Made by a program: the position numbers and the translations under genes
The notes under the pieces: generated by a model
Databases searched by the model: none
Told to the model about the DNA's origin: nothing
Seen by the model: the letters and a program-made list of their open reading frames with translations, nothing else
Assembly (NCBI GenBank): GCA_964187785.1
Contig: OZ076409.1
Location: forward strand, 73,782,001 to 73,846,000
Reading direction: 5' to 3'
Source of the DNA: Amphiscolops sp. MND2022
Lineage: Eukaryota
Length of the DNA: 64,000 nt
Shown here: piece after piece, positions 9,726-19,237 of the stretch
Layout: every line of letters starts with the position of its first letter
Numbering within the stretch: position 1 is the stretch's first letter

Positions 9726-10694
9726 ATGCCCGGATATTTGAAAGCATCGTTGACGCTGGCCCAAGCTCGTCAAACAGTGACCGATCGCTATACAGTTAGC
9801 AATACCACCATTCTGACAGCTGACCAGACTCCACGGTTCTTCTGCGTTCCATTTGTTTTCCTGTACGCATCTCCGTCTGCAGGAAAGAAGCTCTCTTTCG
9901 TAAAAACGCAAAGAAATGACACAAGGAAAACAAAGTTCATGGAAATTGAGAAGTTCCACCGCTTTGTTTTGTTGGGATCAAGAGCAACAGAAGAAGTATT
10001 CGCAATGTTTACAGATACGGCTCTGGAAACCCACAACCTCTTCCGATATCAAAACAATGTTCTGCCTGGAACCATCGTACATGTCCTTAATCCAAAAGTA
10101 GAGGGGCTGTTGAGAGCTACCAACACAACCCTACTCTCCTCGATAGAACCACTGATTCCAAATCAAAATCAGCCGGTTATAAATCTCGAACTTCCACACT
10201 CCCTAGAAATGGCCACTTTTCGGTATTTCGAGTTTATCTCCACGACAATAACCATTACGTCTGCAACAGCTACCGAAAACGTATGTCCCAGTGGGTTCTG
10301 CGATGCGCAGTTTGTGTTACAGAATTGTGGCTGCTTAGCCGTTTCGTCAAAAAAGAAATGGGCCCTGACGCTGGTAGTAGATAGCGATGAGTTCGCTCCA
10401 CTAGAGGACGTGGACAATGTGTACATAACCTCTAATCATGTAACAGATCTTTTTGTGTCGGCAGAGAGGCAGGAATTGTCGCCGAACTCAACGGACTTCG
10501 ATCCATTTGCAATGGACACGGCCATTGTAAATATGTGCCAAGCAATCAATGGAAACGGGGGGTTCATTGTAAAAGGCTGGTTTAAGCCAAGCTCAACAGA
10601 CGATGGCGCCACCAATGAAGTGAAGCGGGTTCATGTTTGCCTGTTGAAAAATTATAACGACCTTACCGATGCCATTGCACAGATGAAATATTGA
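9726..10694 (+). CDS. 322-aa protein, putative RPA1-like ssDNA-binding protein (OB-folds with Cys4 Zn ribbon)
   Basis: Long clean ORF in AT-rich DNA, same strand as RepHel; first ATG at 9726 (ORF track starts at TTG 9717), with TTTTCAG just upstream. PGTIVHVLNP looks like an OB-fold strand and CPSGFC..CGC..KWALTLVVDS resembles the RPA70 C-terminal Zn-ribbon OB-fold. Coding status is likely; the product call is by eye only. Confidence 0.6.
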   Translation: MPGYLKASLTLAQARQTVTDRYTVSNTTILTADQTPRFFCVPFVFLYASPSAGKKLSFVKTQRNDTRKTKFMEIEKFHRFVLLGSRATEEVFAMFTDTALETHNLFRYQNNVLPGTIVHVLNPKVEGLLRATNTTLLSSIEPLIPNQNQPVINLELPHSLEMATFRYFEFISTTITITSATATENVCPSGFCDAQFVLQNCGCLAVSSKKKWALTLVVDSDEFAPLEDVDNVYITSNHVTDLFVSAERQELSPNSTDFDPFAMDTAIVNMCQAINGNGGFIVKGWFKPSSTDDGATNEVKRVHVCLLKNYNDLTDAIAQMKY

Positions 10695-11522
10695 AGTCAT
10701 TTGATTGCATCTGTTTACAGAGATTCGCTAGAAGACAAGAATTAATCCGACTGGAAACTGCGGTCGATTCTTTAGTTGCCTTTTTCTTTCCTTAGAGATC
10801 GACGATGAGCGTGGTCTTCTAAGTTTTGTGTTTTCGTATTAATCTAATTCAAACTCAGTGCTTTCCGTTTAAATCAGTACCTACAATGCCGACAGTATTG
10901 AATTAAAGTTAGTCTTCATTATCACAAACACTTGAACTGTTTTTCGTATTATTCCATTAGCTGCTTCATGTTTATTTATAACTCCGCAGCTGTAAGTTTT
11001 ACATGTAACCAATGTTTTCTCAAAAAAAAACATGATACATTTTGAATGTCATTCCGTTCATTTCGAAATAATTAAACTGTTCGCCATTTATTTACTTTTT
11101 CAGTGGTGAAGTCCAGTAGTTACGACAGGAAAGTCCCAATTTCTGAAAAACACATTTTCCTACAATTTGATTTCTACATGTGTTTCTAATTATGTTGAAT
11201 AGTTGGCAGTTAGTTCAAATGTTCGTAAGTGTTGAGTTTAATAGAAGTACATTGTTCAATATCATTTGCGTAACGTTAGATAGCATTTTGAACGACCTAA
11301 TGTATCATTAGCTGATTTGATAAAACATAGTTCGAGTTTCTGTGGTTTTTTTTCGGATGAACTTTTGAATGGAAAATAGAAACAAAATTGGAATAGGTTT
11401 CTAAAATACTAACATCATACGACAGCAAACATTTTCCCAAAAAGGCATCCCTTTTGCGCCCGCTAATTAGTAGTTACTGCTGCTTGAAGACACATAATTC
11501 GATTAGATCAGCCTCATTTACT

Positions 11523-11598
11523 GGAATCGACGATATGCGTGGTTCCTGGTAAGCTTAAATCAGTCTCATTTGGTGAAATTGGCGATAGTCGTGGTTCC
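11523..11598 (+). repeat. Two further 52-bp-spaced copies of the ATCGACG-N5-CGTGGT hairpin (second degenerate) near the element right end
   Basis: GGAATCGACGATATGCGTGGTTCC at 11523 and GAAATTGGCGATAGTCGTGGTTCC at 11575. Confidence 0.75.
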
Positions 11599-11793
11599 AA
11601 GTTTGCTTATTTTGAATTTGAGTATAACTATGTAACGACAACCCTTCCGCATTCTCTAACATCATTAACCACTAATTAACCTCTCAACCAACACCCGACT
11701 GAAGACGATTCTTCTCCAATCACGTAAGTAACTTTTTTCTCTTTTTAACACTTTCCCGCCTACTGGACTCTTCGTTTTGCCGTCCACGTCTAG

Positions 11794-14700
11794 GTGGTCG
11801 GTATTCTTTACTACCTCATGCTTTGAGGGCGGGGTAGGGCCCCTCGCCCGATCCTAATCCTTAGGATTTTAAACATAAGGCGAAAAGACCAAATGAAAGC
11901 GATCTCGAAAACTAACCTTACGATTTGGCTGAAATTTTGCATGCGGCTCCCTATGACAGATATAAGAACAAATCCCTACTGGCATTTTGCTGGGAAAATT
12001 CAGTTTTTGGGTCAAAATCACTATTTTAGGTCCAAAAAATGGCGTTTTTTCGGAAAATTTTTTTTCAAGAGCCAATATCTCGCTCCCAGGTGCTCGGAGC
12101 GGGTCGCATGTGGACGTTGATATTGCTGGGCACTTCGTAAGGAGTCCGTAGACAAATTTTGGTTCGGATCGGATGAAAATTGATAGAGTAATAGCCGCCG
12201 ATTTGGCGCATTTTTTCGCAAATTTTCGAAAACCTAGTCTATCTCTGCCGTTTTTTGCCCAGATTTTTTTCCAGGACCTCTCCTAAAGGCCTCCCCTGGC
12301 CGGTTTACCTCCCAGAAAAACCATTTGGCCCTTTTGCCGCAGTTTCAGCGTTCCAGGATTCCCCGGGTAAAATTAAAATGACTTAGAATTTTTTCGAAAA
12401 ATTTTCAAAAATTTTTTTTTTCAACTTCTTGCTCCCCAAAGTCAGGAAACTTCCACACAACTAGTATTGCAAGTGAATGCATGTGGAAAGTGCTCGAATA
12501 GACGAGAAAAATGAGCTATTATAAAACTCTGTAGCTTAACCTGACGTTGACTTATGACAATTTTTGTGTGAGCTTGCTATGTGAGAAAAAATTTCAAAAA
12601 TTGAAAATCGAAGATAAGTCTCATCCAAAACTCATCGGAATACGTTCAATCCATCCCAAAGCGGATTAATTCAAGCTATATAGTGCAGCAACACCATTCA
12701 AGGTCATTTAACCTATATTTATAATTTTTGACACCGTCTTATCCATTCGAAAGTTGAAGCAGTTAAGTACATTCCATCTCCCCTCCGTGGGAGATGGTAA
12801 TGTACGCGCAAAAAGCCAAGTACTATTGCCCTTTTTCTACATGGAGTGGACCTAGAAATGCATTAGCGTGAGCTCCACGCTGCTTGCAGTAGCCCTTACA
12901 GGTGTTGTACCTTTGTTACAAAACTAACTATGTTACTAATCATAAAAAAATGTTACAATCGAAAAATTATTTTCATTAATTATATTTACACGTTTTGTTG
13001 TCAATTACAATAACTACAGCTACCGCCCTGGCCTGATTGTTCAACCGTGCACGTCTAGGTGCCCGGATTTCTATTCATTAAAGTATGTTGCGCGTGTGGG
13101 TAGGGCCCCTGGCGCGCTCTTGTGTCCCTGTTCTCATAACTGCAATTTCCGGCAGCATTCTGAGCGATTTTCTAAACTATCCATACGATTCGGCTGAAAT
13201 TTGGCATGTGAGTTCCTATGACAGTTCTAAGAAACATTTCCTACTGGCGTTTTGCCCGGAAAATTTTTTTTGTTGACTTATAACGGTTTTTTTGGCCAAA
13301 AAATGCGATTTTTTCAAAAAAATTTTTTTTCGGAGCCCATATCTTTTTTCAGGGTGACCGGAGCGGGACGCGTTAAACTGATTATAAACTCTACGGTTCA
13401 TGGGCTTTACGGAGAACCTAGGCTCGTTTCGATCGGACAAATAGTCTTGGAGATATAACGGCATTTTTTGGGAATTTTTTGGAAATTTTTCTAACGGTCC
13501 AGCTTATCTTTGCCATTTTTTCGAAAATGTACTCGCCTAAAGGCCTCCCCTGGCCGGTTTTAATCCCAGCAAAACCATTTGGCCCTAAATACGGAGTTTC
13601 AGCGTTCCAGCATTCCCGGGCGAAAAGTTGTGGGACTTAGAAAAATTTCAAAATTTTTCAAAAAAATTTTTTCCGTTTTCCGCACTCCCCCCCGAGGGGA
13701 AAAGACCCCCCAACCAGTAATTTGAGTGAATTCATGTGGAAAGGCCATGTTTAGAGAAGAAAAATGCCGTTTAGATCGTCTTTTTATTTTAACCTGTCGT
13801 TGACTTATGTTGTTTTGAAGGTGATGTTTGGATGTGTGAAGCATGTGAAAAGGTAATTTATTGTGTCTTTAGCTCTTCTAAAAGTCATTGAGATACACGG
13901 TGTGTGACTCAGAACGTGTTTAATTCTAATTTAGCAATGCATCAACACTTTTTTGTGTCTTTTGACTCTGTTTTAAAAAATTTTTCCGACTAAAATCAAA
14001 AATTATTTATAATTATTCACATTTTTTTTCTGATCTCATGACTCCAAACAGTTGAGTACATTCCATCTCCCTTCACGGGGGAGATGAGAATGTACTCTTT
14101 AGAGACCAGGTACTACAGTACTTACCTTCCCCGAGCAACGCCCCATAAAAATTGCGTTTTGATCCAGATATTTTGACATAATTTTATCTTTGTAATTTGA
14201 CTGGAAATGAAGAAAATGCCGCACGTGCTCTTTTATATCAAGTATCTTAACAACGCCATCTCTTTTACGTCAACGCCCCATAGTTCACATCAACGCCCAC
14301 CGTCCGTGGGCATGCCGAGGCATGCCCTTCGACGATGTATACCAAGATATACCTTGAGCGCGTTAGCCTAGGTGCCATAATCCATTGATTAGCTCAACAC
14401 TTCGAGGGCGGGGTAGGGCCCCCAGCCCGAGTCAAAAGTCGAAGACTAACAACTTAAGGCCCATGGTACCTCGAGGTATCGATTTTCTAAACGAGCCATA
14501 CGATTTGGCTGAAATTTTGCATACGGCTTCCTATAACAATCCTAAGAACTAATCCCTCCTGGCGTTTTGCCCGGAAAAATCAAAAAGTGGGTCAAAATCT
14601 TAGTTTTTTGGTCGAAAAATGGCGTTTTTTCGAAAAATTTTTTTTCAAGAGCCCATATCTCGCCCCCAGGTGCTCGGAGCGGGTCGCACGTGGACGTTGA

Positions 14701-15656
14701 TATTGCTAGGCACTTCGTAAGGAGTCCGTAGACAAATTTTCGTACAGATCGGATAAAAATTGACTGAGTAATAGCCGCAAATCCGACGAATTTTTCAGAA
14801 AATTTTGGTACATCTAGTCTATCTCTGCCGTTTTTTGCCCAGATTTTTTTCCAGGACCTCTCCTAAAGGCCTCCCCTGGCCGGTTTACATCCCAGAAAAA
14901 CCATTTGGCCCTTTTGCCGCAGTTTCAGCGTTCCAGGATTCCCCGGGTAAAAGTAAAATGACTTAGAATTTTTTCGAAAAATTTTCAAAAATTTTTTTTT
15001 CAACTTCAAGCCCCCCAAAGTCAGGAAACGTCCACACAACTAGTATTGCAAGTGAATGCATGTGGAAAGTGCTCGAATAGACGAGAAAAATGAGCTATTA
15101 TAAACCTCTGTAGCTCAACCTGACGTTGACTTATGACAATTTTAGCGTGAGCTTGCTATGTGAGAAAAAATTTCAAAAATTGAAAATCGAGCTAAGTCTC
15201 ATCCAAAACTCATCGGAATACGTTCAATCCACCCTAAAGCGGTTTAATTCCAGTTACTAAGTGCAGCAACACCATTCAAGGTCATTTAACCCATATTTAT
15301 AATTTTTGACACCGTCTTATCCATTTGAAAGTTCGAAACAGTTGAGTACATTCCATCTCCCCTACGTGGGAGATGGTAATGTACTCGCAAAAAGCCAAGG
15401 TCCTACCGCCCTATTCTATCCGGCGTTGCATCAGAAATGCAGTAGCATGAGCTCCAGGTTGTTTGCAGTAGCCTTTACGTATGTTGTGACTATTTATTAC
15501 AATTCTAACTCTGTTACTAAACATGAAAAAATTGTTTCAATCCCAAAAATTTTCATTTCAACTTTAGTATGTCACCAATAAACATATATGCATCTTTCCT
15601 ACTACAACCACCCTACCACCCGGCCCCTTGTCCACTGTTCAACCGTGCACGTCTAG
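11794..15656 (+). mobile_element. Cassettes U1-U3, family A (1265, 1313, 1285 bp)
   Basis: Shared core AAAGGCCTCCCCTGGCCGGTTT..AAACCATTTGGCCC and GTACATT..AATGTAC hairpin; bounded by CTAG|GTG. Confidence 0.8.
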
Positions 15657-17847
15657 GTGGAGGTTATTTTATAATAATTAAAGTGTTTTTTTCCGGAGTT
15701 TGTGGCTTTGGAAAAAACAAAAGGCGAGAAATTGGGCACTCCGGGCTGAACCGTATACACTCAAAATTCGCCCAATATTTATACGATCTCGAAACCCAGC
15801 CGTACGATTTGGCTGAAAATTTGCATGCGGCTAAAAAATCAGATTCTAAGAACTATTTCCTGCTGACATTTTTTTGAAATTTTTGTGTACGTTTCCCCCC
15901 CGCCCCCTAAAGGGGTCAATTTTCCCCAATTTTGCACTTATGAGTCAAATTCTCAAAACTGGTGGATCTGAGCGTATTCCCAGCGGGGACAACTTTTAAC
16001 AAGCGCTCTTCAGTAGACCTTTTTGACTTTTTACTTTGGTGGTAGGTTCACCCCCCAAGGAGGAAATGGCGTTTTTGTGACTTCCGGTCGAGACTTTTTT
16101 TCACCCAAAAAATTGAAATAAGCCAGTTTTGAGCAGGAAGGAGTGGATTTGAAGTGTCTGTACCCTGCTAAAAATTTGTTGGGCTTGTAGCGATATATCT
16201 CATACCAAGTCTGGTTTTCATCCCCAAACCCCCCTTGAGACCAAAATTCAAACAAACATTTTACCTCTATTTGTCGTTTTTTTCACAAAATGTCGTCATT
16301 TCTATCGGCAAAGATTTGAATTAGGGGCTCCTAATAGCGTACCAAAGTTCAAGTACACTTGGAGTGCAATTGAGTGACCCTTTTTGGGCCTCTCGTGTGT
16401 TCGGCAATGACCGGAAGTGGTATAAACCCCCCTTTTTGACGTTTGTTGACCTTGAGACTCGCGCTTAGATGACGTTTGTGTCGCGCAAATCCTACAAACC
16501 AGTATTAGGATGACATGCTAGCCAACTAGAGAGCAATAAGGGAAACTATACTATACCGGAAGTAACCCCCTCTTGACCGGAAGTTGTCATTTTTGACCGG
16601 AAATGGTCCAAAACCTAGCGTGAAAGCAGTTTTTCATTGCTTTTAATGTCAACTTAATACTTTTTTCACTCTGCGCGAGCTTGCCTTCAGGTCCGTTAGT
16701 GTTGCCCGTGCACACTGCAACAAATATACATCTGTAAAGATTTGGCTATAATTTCGTCGGAGAGAGAAATAACGGATTTTTGTGATTTTTTTTCAAAAAT
16801 ATTAGTCTTTATCTGTCATTTTTACTCAACGTTATTGAAAAGTAGAACCACAGGTGTTAGTCTCTGCACAAATATATGTCTAACAAAAGCACTTGTTCCA
16901 TTGGTTGCAGTTTGAGCGATCTAGTTTTGCCTCGTCACAAGTTAGGGGACTTGAAAAACTTTCAAAATCTTTTCCGAACTTTTTTCTAAACGTCACGTCT
17001 CTCAAAGTTAAGAAACTTCCTCACAACTAGGACTGCAAGTGAATGCATGTGGTAAGACCTATAAATGGAGAGAAAAACTCCGTTTAGGACGTCTCTTTAT
17101 CTTAACGTGACGCTAAGAGATGTTGCTTTGAATGTGAGTTTGATAATGCGTCGAGAAGTAAAAGCGTGTAAATGGAACCTTTGTCTCGATAAATACTCAT
17201 TGCACAACACGCGATGAACCCCAATTACCCTCAGTTTCAGTTGTTTAGTACATCAACGTCTTCCAAAGACCTTTTATCTATTTTGAAAAGTGTCGAAATC
17301 AATATTGATATCAGTTATCATGAAACACTTGAGTACATTCTCATCTCTCCCCATCGGGTGAGATGAGAATGTTCTTGCTAAAAGCCAGGTACTACGGCCC
17401 CCTTTTGTTTTAATACGATGCATTCTCTGCTTTAGCACATATATATTTTATTTCGCCTGATTGCTTGTATACTCTCTGACTTGTTGTTATAAATCTCTCG
17501 TCATTACTTTACATAAATATACAACCAAAAATCATTATCGTCAACGCCACATACATTTAGACGCCCACCATTCCGTAGGTATGTCGAGGCATACCTTTCG
17601 ATTACGTATGTCAAAACGCAAACGCGATAAAAAGTGCTGAAAGTCTGAAACAGTGACAAACAATTTAGACTATTTGACATATGGTAGGTTTTAATATGGG
17701 AGTTACACATCACTGACATTTCACATCATTCCAGCTGACGCCCACATACCAACATCAACGCCCACCGTCCGTGGGCATGCCGAGGCATGCCCTTCGACGA
17801 CGTATGCCAATTTCTGCATATCTACACTCAATTGCGGTAGCAGCTAG
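15657..17847 (+). mobile_element. Cassette U4, family B (2191 bp)
   Basis: Homologous throughout to U11; ACCGGAA clusters; diverged family-A-like 3' half; GGGCATGCC palindrome before the terminal CTAG. Confidence 0.8.
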
Positions 17848-19237
17848 GTGGTTGGGGCGGTCCCCAGAACGCACAAGGAGGCGCGGGGAGGGTCCTGCGC
17901 CGACGTAGAATAATTTCATATAATACTAGTATCCTACATGGGTGTTTTAGAGGCGATTTTGGAATCTAACCGTAGGATTTGGATAATTTTTTGCATGCGG
18001 CCATAACTCGAAATTCTAAGAACTTTTTCCTACTGTCATTTTCCCCGCAAATTGTTTTTTGTTGACTTATGGCCGAAAAACCGGAAATAACGTCCTTTTT
18101 AGACGTTATATCCGAAGTGTCGTCATAACTTTTTTCCAGGGCATGCTAGCGTTCTCGTTCACTTTTACACTTAGTTGCAGCATCTCAAAATACAACTGGT
18201 GGAAAATTTTGGTTGCATTCGGATCACCCCCCACCGAGATAGAAGGGTTCCCCCCTCCAGCTTTACCCCCCAAATTTGCAAAATAGCCAATTTTGAGCAT
18301 GAAGCCGAGGATTTAGCGTACCCGCACCCTCCTGATGTTTTGTTGTACGTATTGGGGTCAATCTGACGACATGTGTGGTTTTCACCCCCAACCCCCCCTT
18401 GGACCGGAAATGACACTTTTTTGTGTTTTTTTGCAGAATTTAGCCTTTTTCATTATTAGGCAGTCGTTTTAGGGACTCCTAGCAGGATATCGAAATTGAA
18501 ATACAACCTGATCACAACCCAGTGACAATATGTTGGCCACTTGGAGGTATCATCATGACCGGAAGTGGGGTCAACGCCCCTTTTTGTGACCGCTTTTTGA
18601 CCTTGTGCACCAAAATGCCAACATCTTGAGGCCTAATGAGGCATTCAAATCTGTACAAAGATAAAATGTTAGACAACCGAAGTCCCGGAAGATCTTTAGC
18701 ATATACCGGAAGTTACCCCCCATGACCGGAAGTTACCCAATGTGACCGGAAATGGTCCAAAAATTAATGTAAAGTTGAATTTTTCACTATTTCAAGACCA
18801 GTTAATTGAAACTTTTCAATCTCAAAACTAGCGTACTGGCTTGTTTTGCTGAATTTATGGAAATTGATGAGCTCTATCGCCCCCGATAGCCTTCGAAGTT
18901 GACCTTGCGTCAACTTTGGAGGCTATCGATAGAGAAAAATGAACAACAAAGTACATTGTTGCTCTCGTTTTTTTTCCCGTTGTTTTTCCTCAAACATTTT
19001 TGAGACATATACATGGCCGTTAGTTGAAATCAATATTTAGCCCATGTTATAGCTGGAGCAGCGAAGCGTTACACAGACTAGTGTGGTTTTGAAATCACAC
19101 TATTTAAATTAACAACTGACCGTCTTAGTCAACTCCACACATTCATACCAACGCCCACCGTCTGTGGGCATGCCGAGGCATGCCCTTCGACGACGTATGA
19201 CGAATCCACTCCAACGACACCCGCAGTCCTCAGCTAG
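17848..19237 (+). mobile_element. Cassette U5, family C (1390 bp)
   Basis: Near-identical to U12 and U23; CGATAGCC..GGCTATCG hairpin at 18884-18928. Confidence 0.8.

Larger units (their letters stand above)
1..11793 (+). mobile_element. Autonomous Helitron-like rolling-circle transposon (left end outside window), encoding RepHel-GIY-YIG and a putative RPA-like protein
   Basis: Contains a Rep+Pif1 ORF. Ends in ...CGTCCACGTCTAG (CTAG at 11790-11793), matching the Helitron CTRR 3' terminus and the CAACCGT(A/G)CACGTCTAG tails of several downstream cassettes. Confidence 0.85.

Noticed and set aside
11790..11860. Cassettes oriented on the minus strand (hairpin then CACCTAG-3' as a Helitron 3' end)
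   Set aside because: CTAG is palindromic so this is formally possible, but RepHel is on +, G-T wobble pairs favour + strand folding, and the implied 5' ends would share no sequence. Not fully excluded; the exact nick position within CTAGGTG is unknown.
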